Shown here: positions 28,417-37,433 of the stretch, one piece after another | How the letters are laid out: each line of letters begins with the position of its first letter | Position numbering within the stretch: position 1 is the stretch's first letter | Source of the DNA: a bacterium | Lineage (GTDB): Bacteria > Patescibacteriota > Microgenomatia > Levybacterales > UBA12049 | Length of the DNA stretch: 64,000 nucleotides | Direction: 5' to 3' | Assembly (NCBI GenBank): GCA_021791545.1 | Contig: JAJYWL010000016.1 | Coordinates: forward strand, 155,704-219,703 | The notes under the pieces: generated by a model | Seen by the model: only the letters and a program-made list of their open reading frames with translations | Databases searched by the model: none | Told to the model about the DNA's origin: nothing | Made by a program: the position numbers and the translations under genes

Positions 28417-30074
28417 TTATGGAACAACAAGTATCATTAATTCCCTTAGGGGGAGTAACAAATGTAACAAAGAACATGTACCTATATGTCTATGGGAATG
28501 AAATCCTGATAGTCGATTGTGGGTTAGGATTTGCAGATGAAACAATGCTTGGAGTAGATCTACTTCTTCCCGATGTCACTCATCTGGAAGAGCTTCTAAA
28601 ACAGGGTAAAAAAATTGTAGGAATGGCTATTACCCACGGACACGAGGATCATATGGGAGCTCTTCCCTTTATCTTACCTCAGCTTCCACAGTTTCCTATT
28701 TATGCAACTCCCTTAACAGCAGGACTTGCCAACGAGAAACTAAAAGAATTCGGTATAGGACAAAGAGTTAAAGCTGTTGAATTTGGCGGTGGAGAAGTAA
28801 CGCTTGGAAGTTTTAAGATTTCATTTATAAGAGTAACTCATTCGGTTCCCGATACTTCCCACATTTTTATAAAGACTCCTATCGGAAACTTTTATCACGG
28901 TAGTGATTTTAAATTTGACTTAACTCCATATGACGGAAAAAAGGCAGAATTTGAAAAGATAGTTGAGGCCGGAAAACAAGGGATTATTTCCCTTACTTCA
29001 GACTGTCTTGGCGCAGATAGGCAAGGATTTACCGCTTCTGAACAGACATTAAGGTCCGGATTTGAGAATGAGATGTCAAACTGTGTAGGAAAATTTGTGG
29101 TGACTACATATTCCTCAAATATTTCAAGATTAAACCAGATAATAGAAGTTGCGAGAAAGAACGGAAGAAAAATATGTTTTGTTGGAAGATCTCTAAACAA
29201 AGCAAAAGAAGTTGCCCAAAACCTTGGTTACCTAAAGATAGATAAAGGAATGGAGGTCTTTGTAGATCAACTTAAAAATTACAAAGACCAACAGTTGGTA
29301 TTAATAGTTGCCGGAAGTCAGGGTCAAGAAAATTCGGCATTAACAAGAATAGTAGGCGGAGAAAATAGAGACATAAGATTAACTGCAAATGATACGGTCA
29401 TATTTTCTTCTGACCCCATTCCTGGAAATGAAATATCCATAAACTCTCTAATTGACGATATATCTGCAATAGGAGCAAGGGTAATATTTTCAGAAAATTT
29501 TCAGGGTTTCCACGTTTCAGGACACGGTTCTCAAAAAGAATTGATGCTTTTGCTTGAACTTGCAAAGCCAAAAAGAGTAATGCCAATAGGAGGAACTTAC
29601 AGACAAATGGTCGCATATAAAGGTCTTGCTAAGGAATTAGGCTATCAGGATAAAGATATCCTTCTTCCTGAGAACGGACAGGAAATAGTATATACACAAA
29701 ATTCAGCAAACTTTGGAAAGAGAATTAAACTTAAGAATGTTTACGTGGATGAAGTTTCAGGAGAGGAAGTAGAAGGATTTGTCCTAAGAGATAGACAAAA
29801 GATTGCCAAGGAAGGGGTAATCGTTATCCTTGCAGAAATAGATGCTTCAAATGCTCAGGTCGCAGATATAAATGTCATTGTAAGAGGCCTTCCTAATCAG
29901 GAAGCGGAAGAGATTTCTAAAAATCTAAATGGGCAAGTAAGGGGCGCACTTAAAAATGGACCTGTTAAAAACTGGATTTACGTGAGGAAGAGTATAGGCG
30001 ATGCGGCTGAAAAATATTTATTTAAAACCCTTAAGAGAAGGCCACTCGTTCTCCCCGTAGTTATTGAAGTTTAA
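28413..30074 (+). CDS. rnj: Ribonuclease J (metallo-beta-lactamase / beta-CASP 5'-3' exo/endoribonuclease)
   Basis: 553 aa with 'IPLGGVTNVTKNMY', 'HGHEDHMGALP' and beta-CASP motifs. Confidence 0.88.
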   Translation: MIMEQQVSLIPLGGVTNVTKNMYLYVYGNEILIVDCGLGFADETMLGVDLLLPDVTHLEELLKQGKKIVGMAITHGHEDHMGALPFILPQLPQFPIYATPLTAGLANEKLKEFGIGQRVKAVEFGGGEVTLGSFKISFIRVTHSVPDTSHIFIKTPIGNFYHGSDFKFDLTPYDGKKAEFEKIVEAGKQGIISLTSDCLGADRQGFTASEQTLRSGFENEMSNCVGKFVVTTYSSNISRLNQIIEVARKNGRKICFVGRSLNKAKEVAQNLGYLKIDKGMEVFVDQLKNYKDQQLVLIVAGSQGQENSALTRIVGGENRDIRLTANDTVIFSSDPIPGNEISINSLIDDISAIGARVIFSENFQGFHVSGHGSQKELMLLLELAKPKRVMPIGGTYRQMVAYKGLAKELGYQDKDILLPENGQEIVYTQNSANFGKRIKLKNVYVDEVSGEEVEGFVLRDRQKIAKEGVIVILAEIDASNAQVADINVIVRGLPNQEAEEISKNLNGQVRGALKNGPVKNWIYVRKSIGDAAEKYLFKTLKRRPLVLPVVIEV

Positions 30075-30421
30075 TTATAGTCTGTATATTTATTGTGTTT
30101 GCCTTTTGATTTATCAACCGGATACTTTTTTTCATTTTTAACCATCTTCTTTTTAAAAGCTTTTTTAATATCGATATTTAATTTATTGCTTAAAAGTAAA
30201 ACCCAATATAGTGTATCTGCCAATTCTTCTCCCATTTCATCTTTTTTATTTTTAACATGTTCCTTAATCTCTTCCTCATTTTTCCATTGGAAATGTTCCA
30301 GTACTTCCGAAGCCTCAAGTTGTAGCGAAATAGCAAGGTCCTTGGGGTTATGGAATTGGTCCCAATCTCTTGCTTTTATGTGTTTTACTATTATGTCTGT
30401 TAGCTCTTTTATGTCTGACAC
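30071..30421 (-). CDS. MazG-like nucleotide pyrophosphohydrolase (small NTP-PPase)
   Basis: 116 aa with 'EASEVLEHFQWK...EELADTLYWVLLLSNKLNIDI', typical of the MazG/YpjD family. Confidence 0.65.
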   Translation of the reverse strand: MSDIKELTDIIVKHIKARDWDQFHNPKDLAISLQLEASEVLEHFQWKNEEEIKEHVKNKKDEMGEELADTLYWVLLLSNKLNIDIKKAFKKKMVKNEKKYPVDKSKGKHNKYTDYN

Positions 30422-30511
30422 AAAAGGATTATAAACCTAAGTAAAATCAAAAACAATATTGGGTCCTATCTGGTTTTAGAAGCTTTTAAAATTGTCCGTC
30501 TTTTCCTGTTG

Positions 30512-31105
30512 TTATTGGGGTTTGGATTCATTTGTAGAATTAGTAGCCGGAGGATTAACCTGCTCTTCCCGTCCGGATACTTCTTTGGGTTTTAAAGGAG
30601 TAATTTTAGCTCCCAGAGCTTCCCATAATTCGTATAGTAGATCTGTTGCCTTAGCTTGAAGAGTAGCTGGTGCAACCGTTGCAACTTGGGCTGCATATTT
30701 TTCTGCTCCTGCTCTTATTAAAGCTTTTCTCATTGCTTCAGCATTTACAACAGAGGGTAAAAGTAATTTGTATTGTTCACCATTTACTCCGTAAAATGTC
30801 ATTCTTCTGGTTAATTTTTCTTCTGATTGAGCTATCTCTTTTTGGGGTTGTTGTGTAGTTTCTGGCTCTTTTTGGGGTTGTTTTGTAGTTTCTGGCTCTT
30901 TTTGGGGTTGTTTTGTAGTTTCTGGCTCTGGTTGGGGTTGTTTTGTAGTTTCTGGCTCTGGTTGGGGTTGTTTTGTAGTTTCTGGCTCTGGTTGGGGTTG
31001 TTGTGTAGTTTCTGGCTCTGGTTGGGTTTGTTGTATTACAACTTCTTGGGGTTTGGGTGCAATTTCATTTTGTGGGGCAGAAAATTCTCCCGACTGTTCG
31101 CTCAT
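30512..31105 (-). CDS. hypothetical protein with six-and-a-half tandem PEPETTKQPQ decapeptide repeats and a conserved-looking C-terminal domain
   Basis: 197 aa. The repeats are encoded by a near-identical 30-bp tandem DNA repeat. The gene is divergent from ftsK. Confidence 0.55.
   Translation of the reverse strand: MSEQSGEFSAPQNEIAPKPQEVVIQQTQPEPETTQQPQPEPETTKQPQPEPETTKQPQPEPETTKQPQKEPETTKQPQKEPETTQQPQKEIAQSEEKLTRRMTFYGVNGEQYKLLLPSVVNAEAMRKALIRAGAEKYAAQVATVAPATLQAKATDLLYELWEALGAKITPLKPKEVSGREEQVNPPATNSTNESKPQ
30841..31040. repeat. 30-bp tandem repeat, 6 full copies + 1 partial, >93% identical
   Basis: Units start at 30841, 30871, 30901, 30931, 30961 and 30991: tttggggttgtt(t/g)tgtagtttctggctct(t/g). 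The repeat is in-frame coding on the minus strand. Confidence 0.9.
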
Positions 31106-31185
31106 AAGTCTATGATATTAAGAACTTTTTGAAAAGTCAAATTATAAACTTGAGATAGCTTCATAAACTGTCTATAATAGGGTGT

Positions 31186-33312
31186 ATGCCCAGACGTAAG
31201 CATTACCGAAAGAGTAAATTTAAGCTAAAACTCAAGAAAAATACGGTATACTCCATATTCGCTTTTATTCTTTTTGTCTCTGGTATCTTAGGTCTTCTTT
31301 CATTCTCAAGAAATGGAGAGTCATTTATAAAAATAAACGATCTCATTTCAGGATATTTCGGAATGTCTTCATTTCTTTTTCCCTTACTCTTAATATTCAT
31401 CGCCTTTTTCTTTTTAAGGCTTAAAATGTTTATCTCAAAAGCAAATGTTTCTGCCGGTTTCTTGGTTTTCTTCATCTCTTTTGACGCTCTTGTAAAAGGA
31501 GGAGCGGCCGGAGCATATTTCTTTCAGGTTTTAGCTGACGTAATAACACCTATAGGCGCAGGGTTGGTATATTTTGCGGGAGTACTGATAGGTCTTATCG
31601 TTTTCTTTGATACATCCGTTGATCAGATATTTGAAGGACTGACACATATAGGCGATGTCATAGAAAGACTTGTTCCAAATAAAGCTCTTTCATTCTTCAA
31701 GAATAAAGAAATTCCTTCTATGTCGAATAAACAAATGACAATAAAAGGAATGAATCAGGATAAAGATTTACCAATGAGAGAAGTACAAATTAATGCAGGA
31801 AAACCGATCCAGAAAGAAACTCCATTAATTTCGGAGAAATTGGTAGTAAATACTTTAGGAAAGAGCGATATTTGGCAGTATCCACCTTTGGATTTACTTT
31901 CTGATGAATCTTCTCAAAAAGCAGACAGGGGAGATGTCAAAAAGATTGCATCCATTATCGAAAGAACTCTTTCAAGTTTCAGTATCGGAGCAAAAGTTGT
32001 AGAAGTAAATCTTGGTCCTGCTGTTACCCAATATGCTTTGGAAATTCCTCTTGGAACCAAGGTTTCAAAAATAACATCTCTTTCGAATGATTTGGCTTTG
32101 GCAACAGAAGCTCCTACGGGACAAATAAGAATCGAGGCACCTATTCCGGGAAGAAATCTTGTGGGAATAGAAATTCCTAATAGATCCCTGGAAGTAGTAA
32201 CACTAAGAACAATGCTTTCCTCGGATACTCTGAGAAAATCTAAATCCAAACTTGCAGTTTCGATGGGGCTCGATGTCTCGGGAGACCCTATTGTCGCCGA
32301 CATAGGTAAGATGCCACACGTTCTTATAGCAGGAACCACAGGCTCTGGAAAATCAGTTCTTGTTAACTCGTTTATCTCATCTCTTCTTTTCAGGGCATCA
32401 CCCGACGAGGTAAAACTTATACTCATAGATCCTAAGAGAGTAGAGTTAACAGGTTATAACGGAATCCCTCATCTTATGACTCCAGTAATAGTTGAGGTTG
32501 ACAAGATTTTGGCATCACTTAGATGGGGAATGGGAGAGATGGATAGAAGATATAAGTTGTTTGCGGAAAGAGGAGTAAGAAATATTGATTCATTCAATGA
32601 ATTATCGGGTTTCCAGGCTCTTCCGTATATCGTCATATTCATAGACGAGTTGGCAGACCTTATGTCTTACGCTCCTGTTGAAGTTGAAGACGCCATAGCA
32701 AGACTTGCTCAGATGGCAAGGGCAACAGGAATACATTTGGTAATCGCAACACAAAGACCTTCCGTAGACGTTATTACCGGACTTATTAAGGCAAACGTTC
32801 CTTGTAGAATTGCTTTTAATGTATCTTCAATGATCGACTCAAGAGTAATCATAGATATGCCGGGAGCAGAAAAACTTTTGGGAAGAGGAGACATGTTATA
32901 TATTCCTCCGGATCAGGCAAAGCCAACTCGTATTCAGGGAGCATTTGTTTCAGAAAAAGAAGTAAAGAAGTTGGTAGACTTCTTAAGAGAGAAAAATCCT
33001 CCTGTAGAGTATACGGAAGAAGTAACAGCGGAATCGTTAATGCTTAAAACTAAAGCCGGAGGACCGTCTATGGGAGGAGACGGCAGGGATCCGCTGTTTG
33101 CAGACGCGATAAGGATAATCTGCGAGCATGATAAAGCATCGGCGTCTCTTCTTCAAAGAAGACTCTCCGTGGGTTATTCAAGAGCAGCAAGAATTTTAGA
33201 TCAGTTGGAGAGTGAGGGTGTTGTAGGAAGGGCTGAGGGATCAAAGCCCAGAGATGTACTTATTAGAAATGCGGATGAATTTCTTGCAAACCTCGATCAA
33301 CCCTCAGAATAA
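31186..33312 (+). CDS. ftsK: DNA translocase FtsK/SpoIIIE
   Basis: 708 aa with N-terminal TM helices, an AAA+ motor with Walker A 'GTTGSGKS', and a C-terminal gamma winged-helix 'LLQRRLSVGYSRAARILDQLE'. Confidence 0.92.
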   Translation: MPRRKHYRKSKFKLKLKKNTVYSIFAFILFVSGILGLLSFSRNGESFIKINDLISGYFGMSSFLFPLLLIFIAFFFLRLKMFISKANVSAGFLVFFISFDALVKGGAAGAYFFQVLADVITPIGAGLVYFAGVLIGLIVFFDTSVDQIFEGLTHIGDVIERLVPNKALSFFKNKEIPSMSNKQMTIKGMNQDKDLPMREVQINAGKPIQKETPLISEKLVVNTLGKSDIWQYPPLDLLSDESSQKADRGDVKKIASIIERTLSSFSIGAKVVEVNLGPAVTQYALEIPLGTKVSKITSLSNDLALATEAPTGQIRIEAPIPGRNLVGIEIPNRSLEVVTLRTMLSSDTLRKSKSKLAVSMGLDVSGDPIVADIGKMPHVLIAGTTGSGKSVLVNSFISSLLFRASPDEVKLILIDPKRVELTGYNGIPHLMTPVIVEVDKILASLRWGMGEMDRRYKLFAERGVRNIDSFNELSGFQALPYIVIFIDELADLMSYAPVEVEDAIARLAQMARATGIHLVIATQRPSVDVITGLIKANVPCRIAFNVSSMIDSRVIIDMPGAEKLLGRGDMLYIPPDQAKPTRIQGAFVSEKEVKKLVDFLREKNPPVEYTEEVTAESLMLKTKAGGPSMGGDGRDPLFADAIRIICEHDKASASLLQRRLSVGYSRAARILDQLESEGVVGRAEGSKPRDVLIRNADEFLANLDQPSE

Positions 33313-33314
33313 TT

Positions 33315-33956
33315 ATGATTAAACTAGGGCAAAGACTTTCGGAAGAAAGGATTAGGAAAGGCCTTTCTCTAAAGGAAATATCCGAAGCAACAAAAATAAG
33401 GGAATCTTTTCTTGCGGCAATAGAAAAGGGAGATTATCAAAGACTTCCTTCTGTTTCCTATGTCCAAGGGTTTGTAAGAAACTACGCTAAATATCTCGAG
33501 CTTCCTGAAAACGAGATAATGGCTCTTTTTAGAAGAGAATTTGACGAGGAAAAAGTTTTTAAGGTCTTGCCCCAGGGCCTTCCGAAGGAAGAGGAGATAT
33601 CTCTTTCAACTTTTAGGGTTAAACAGACGATTATAATGATAGGAATTGTAATCGTAGTCATTTTTTCATATATACTTTTCCAATATAGGTACGCTTTCAT
33701 AGCTCCTCCGTTAGACGTCTCATATCCTAAAGAAATGCAGGTCGTCTCAGACCAGACAATAACGCTATTGGGAAAAACAGACCCTAATGCAACGGTTTAT
33801 GTAGATAAGGAAGCGGTTTCGGTTGATACAAACGGCAACTTTACTAAAACATTAAGCCTTTTTCCCGGTAAGACAACCATTACTATAAAAGTAATAAATA
33901 AATTCGGCAAACAAACGACACTTGAGCGTAACATAATGGTAAAACCTAGCTCTTGA
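33315..33956 (+). CDS. RodZ-like cytoskeleton protein (XRE-type HTH + TM + extracytoplasmic domain)
   Basis: 213 aa. An N-terminal HTH ('LSLKEISEATKIRESFLAAIEKGDY', HTH_25-like) is followed by a single TM helix and a C-terminal domain. Confidence 0.65.
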   Translation: MIKLGQRLSEERIRKGLSLKEISEATKIRESFLAAIEKGDYQRLPSVSYVQGFVRNYAKYLELPENEIMALFRREFDEEKVFKVLPQGLPKEEEISLSTFRVKQTIIMIGIVIVVIFSYILFQYRYAFIAPPLDVSYPKEMQVVSDQTITLLGKTDPNATVYVDKEAVSVDTNGNFTKTLSLFPGKTTITIKVINKFGKQTTLERNIMVKPSS

Positions 33957-33988
33957 CACAAATAGGGAATTAATATAAGTTATAGAGT

Positions 33989-34252
33989 ATGACAGATCCT
34001 GCCCAAACAGCATTGTTTTTGGTAATAATTGCATTGACAATTCTTCTTATTGTCCTCGGTATTCAAGTCTTCTTCATTTTAAGAGAACTACGAAAAACTG
34101 TAGAAAAAGCAAACAAGGTTTTGGAAGATACAGGAGTAATAACAGAGAGTGTTTCCAAGCCAATAGCAAACATTTCTTCATTAACAACTGGTTTAAAAGC
34201 GGGAGCTTTGATTGCAAACCTTCTGAAGAAATCAAAAGGAAAGGATAAATAA
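33989..34252 (+). CDS. small membrane-anchored coiled-coil protein (DUF948-like)
   Basis: 87 aa with an N-terminal TM helix and an amphipathic helix. Confidence 0.45.
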   Translation: MTDPAQTALFLVIIALTILLIVLGIQVFFILRELRKTVEKANKVLEDTGVITESVSKPIANISSLTTGLKAGALIANLLKKSKGKDK

Positions 34253-34254
34253 TC

Positions 34255-34572
34255 ATGAACGAAGGACGAGGCGGAGGAGGATTTTCTAACGGATTTATGT
34301 TGGGCCTTATCGTAGGCGCAGCATTGGTATTTTTGTTAGGCACAAAAACAGGTAAAAACCTCTTAAAGACAATATCGGAAGAGGGGGTAGAGGGAATAAA
34401 CGAGCTTCTAGAAGAATATGATATAGCAAGCATAGAAGAGGATGAACCATTAGAGGAAGAAGAAAAAGTAGTACATAAAACTAATCACCAAGAAGAAGGT
34501 CCTGTAGAAGTAGAAGAAGAAACTGTAAGTAAATCTCCAAAAAGAAGATTCTTCAGAAGAGTAAGAAGGTAA
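34255..34572 (+). CDS. YtxH-domain protein
   Basis: 105 aa. 'GFMLGLIVGAALVFLLGTKTGKNL' matches the YtxH motif, followed by an acidic tail. Confidence 0.55.
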   Translation: MNEGRGGGGFSNGFMLGLIVGAALVFLLGTKTGKNLLKTISEEGVEGINELLEEYDIASIEEDEPLEEEEKVVHKTNHQEEGPVEVEEETVSKSPKRRFFRRVRR

Positions 34573-34590
34573 TCCTCTTAGTCCTATAGC

Positions 34591-35028
34591 TTGAGTTTTG
34601 ATTTAAGTTTTGTTATAATCCCCTCCATGAACGAAAGTGAAAGAAGACTTCTTGAAGCAGATGCCCAAAGAAGAATGCCTACAGGAGAAACCGAAAGACC
34701 TAGAGCTTTGGGTAGTATTAGTAAGGTAATCTTTGATGTAGCTCATGGAACAGATGTTCGTGATGCAATAAGAGAAGGTGTAGATTTTTCCACAAGAACC
34801 TTTGGCATTAGGGCCGCATTTGAATTTAATGGAGTAAATATTACAGTGGATTATGCTTCAAACCCAGATTTAATAGTTAGAGATTATCATAGAGCACTTA
34901 ACGGTTTTGTTAAGGGTGAGGTAGGACCTTTTTCAAAAGAAAAATTGCCTATTAAAACATTGGAAAGAGAAGCTAGAATTCTAGAAGAAAGAGAAAGAGA
35001 TTTGTTAGGAAAAACCCCCGAAGCTTAA
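34591..35028 (+). CDS. hypothetical protein
   Basis: 145 aa with no recognizable family. An alternative start is at 34627. Confidence 0.4.
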   Translation: MSFDLSFVIIPSMNESERRLLEADAQRRMPTGETERPRALGSISKVIFDVAHGTDVRDAIREGVDFSTRTFGIRAAFEFNGVNITVDYASNPDLIVRDYHRALNGFVKGEVGPFSKEKLPIKTLEREARILEERERDLLGKTPEA

Positions 35029-36030
35029 TTAAAGATAGCTTTTAATATTCTGGTTATGTCCCTCTAAAGTTGCAGAGAAATGTAGATGCCCCTTACTATC
35101 TGAAACATAGTATACATAATTTGTGTTAGCAGGTTTTAATGCAGCTTCTATAGCAGAAAGTCCAGGATTTGAAATTGGAGTAGGGGGAAGTCCTGTATTC
35201 TCATAAGTATTATAATTTGACGCTATCTTGAGATCATCCATGGTTAAATCTTTTTTCCACCAGGTTTTTGCTTCGGGTTGATAACCTAATGCGTACTGTA
35301 CTGTTGCGTCAATTTGAAGTGCCATTCCGTCATTTAATCTATTCATAATAACGGATGCAACCAAAGGTCTGTCGCTTGCAAATTTAGCTTCTCTCTCTAT
35401 TAGAGAAGCCAGTATTATTGTCTGTTGGTCGGAAAGAGCAGTTGTTTTTGTTCCTTTCACAGATTCATATTTTTTTTCAAAGTTGCCTTTAAAAAGGGAA
35501 AGGATAGTATTTATATCTGCCTCTCTTGGAATAAGATAAGTGTCGGGGAAAAGATAACCTTCATTTTCTTCAAGAACTGTTTTCCACGAATCTTCATATT
35601 TAGGCATTTTTTCTTTAAGAGTTTGTGCTATCTCATCGGCTCTTTGTCCTTCGGGAATTGTTACCCATATATCAAGCATTCCATGTGTAAGGCTTGATGC
35701 TATTTCGGATGCGCTCATACTTCTACTTATTCTAAAATCTCCTGCTTGTAACTGCTTATCTACTCCGCTAAGTCTTGTGTAGAGAAAGAATACGATGGGG
35801 TCGTTTATAAGTTTTTCTGCCATGAGTCTATTTGCAATTTCTCTTACTCCTTCACCATTATTTACAACAAAGATGACAGAACTTTTATCGTTTGGATTTG
35901 CAGGTGCAAGTCCTCTTTGCCACCATAAAACTCCAGTCATTATTATAAGAACCAAAAGGATAGCTACTGCAGTGAGTCTTCTCATTACCGCTTTTTTCGT
36001 TTCTGACCCCATTTTTAATAGTCGGATCAT
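35029..36030 (-). CDS. mltG: Endolytic murein transglycosylase MltG (YceG family)
   Basis: 333 aa with an N-terminal TM helix and 'YLFPDTYLIP...LIEREA' YceG signatures. Confidence 0.85.
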   Translation of the reverse strand: MIRLLKMGSETKKAVMRRLTAVAILLVLIIMTGVLWWQRGLAPANPNDKSSVIFVVNNGEGVREIANRLMAEKLINDPIVFFLYTRLSGVDKQLQAGDFRISRSMSASEIASSLTHGMLDIWVTIPEGQRADEIAQTLKEKMPKYEDSWKTVLEENEGYLFPDTYLIPREADINTILSLFKGNFEKKYESVKGTKTTALSDQQTIILASLIEREAKFASDRPLVASVIMNRLNDGMALQIDATVQYALGYQPEAKTWWKKDLTMDDLKIASNYNTYENTGLPPTPISNPGLSAIEAALKPANTNYVYYVSDSKGHLHFSATLEGHNQNIKSYL

Positions 36031-37301
36031 TCTATTTTGAACATTGGAAAGTTCTCCAGGGAGTCCTTTCCTTCTTTTAGATTATACACGTTTTCGCTAA
36101 AAAGGGTACATAAAGTTTCATCCTTGACTACCTTATCTCCTGTTTTTCTGTTTAAGTATATTCCTGCTCCTTTTTGTCTGGGAGCACCGAGTATTTTTGC
36201 AATTGCTGTTATATTCTTACTGTCAATTTCCTTAACTGTCCCGTTCTTGGTAGATTTAACATGAAATTCATGCTTTCCGATCTTAAGTTTCTCGCTATCT
36301 AGATTAGGGTTTCCTCCCTGGGCTTCTACTATCTCTTTAAGCTTTTCGAATGCTTTGCCGCTTCTTAGTATATATGTAGCCCATCCAAAAGCATTTCCAT
36401 ATGTTTCTTTTATTTCTTTCTGTAGTTTTTTAGGACTATCTTCGAGACAAATACCCAAAAGTGTACTTGCTAAATTTAAGCTTCTTACTTCCAAATCTAA
36501 GGGTCTATTCTTTGTTTGTTGTAAAACACGAAGAGCCTCTCTTATTTCAAGGGCCGGTCCGATACCTCTTCCTGCTGGTTCATCTGTTTTATGAATTAAG
36601 ACTTTTAATTTTACTTTGAATCTTTTTGCCAAGTGTTCAAATTTTCTTGCTAAAGCCTGAGCGTCCTTAAGGTTATGTACTTTTACTGTTTTTCCGTAGG
36701 GAAGGTCTATGACTACATGATTGGAGCCAAAAGCAATTTTCTTTGCCATTATGGAGACAAGGATCTTATCGTAGCTTTCAAAAAGAAGAGGTTTTTCTAC
36801 CTGGATTATTATGTCGTCTGCAGGAGCAAGATTAAAACTTCCTCCCCAGACAATGCACCCGTTTGTTTTTTTAACCGTTTTATATATTTCATCTTTTGTA
36901 AGATCGACAGGTGCTATTACTTCCATATCGTCTGCTGTACCGTCGGGAGTTGTTATTGCTCTTGAAGAACTCTTTGGAATCTTAAAACCGGCTGCTGCGA
37001 CGATAGATACGACTATGGGAGTCGTCCTTGTTCCGGGAACTCCTCCTATAGAATGCTTATCTGCAACGATTCCCTCAAACTTCAGCTGTTCTCCTGTTTC
37101 AACCATTGCCTTTGTCAGGTAGTAAAGTTCGTCTTCCGTAAATCCTTTTGAATAGCCGGAAGCTGCAAAATATGTGGTCAAGATATCATCAAATTTTTCT
37201 TTAGAAATCTGATCCATTACCGCATAGATTTCTTTATATGTTAAGTGTTTTCCTAAAAGTTTTCTTCTTACGGCATTTAATGCCAGAGTTTTTTCTTCCA
37301 T
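36027..37301 (-). CDS. Thymidine/AMP phosphorylase family protein (archaeal-type AMP phosphorylase-like)
   Basis: 424 aa. 'ADKHSIGGVPGTRTT' is the phosphorylase phosphate-binding motif, and the protein has the family-wide alpha/beta domain pattern. It overlaps mltG by 4 bp. Confidence 0.7.
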   Translation of the reverse strand: MEEKTLALNAVRRKLLGKHLTYKEIYAVMDQISKEKFDDILTTYFAASGYSKGFTEDELYYLTKAMVETGEQLKFEGIVADKHSIGGVPGTRTTPIVVSIVAAAGFKIPKSSSRAITTPDGTADDMEVIAPVDLTKDEIYKTVKKTNGCIVWGGSFNLAPADDIIIQVEKPLLFESYDKILVSIMAKKIAFGSNHVVIDLPYGKTVKVHNLKDAQALARKFEHLAKRFKVKLKVLIHKTDEPAGRGIGPALEIREALRVLQQTKNRPLDLEVRSLNLASTLLGICLEDSPKKLQKEIKETYGNAFGWATYILRSGKAFEKLKEIVEAQGGNPNLDSEKLKIGKHEFHVKSTKNGTVKEIDSKNITAIAKILGAPRQKGAGIYLNRKTGDKVVKDETLCTLFSENVYNLKEGKDSLENFPMFKIE

Positions 37302-37433
37302 ATATTTATCGTATTTGAGAAAGTGCTATTTTAAAAGCTCCTCTTAGTACAGATTTTAAAAAGTATAAAGTTTTATTTACAAACCTGTAAATAAAGGGCC
37401 ATATTTCCATCAATAATATTTTTGCTCTTTCCA

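Noticed and set aside
30841-31040. The 30-bp tandem repeat considered as a possible CRISPR array
   Set aside because: Units are contiguous with no unique spacers. The repeat is in-frame within a protein-coding gene, and there are no cas genes nearby.
30827-31132. Plus-strand ORF (101 aa, LGLFCSFWLF repeats) across the tandem repeat
   Set aside because: It lies entirely within the repeat and is hydrophobic low-complexity. The minus-strand frame extends beyond the repeat into a non-repetitive domain, so the minus strand was chosen.
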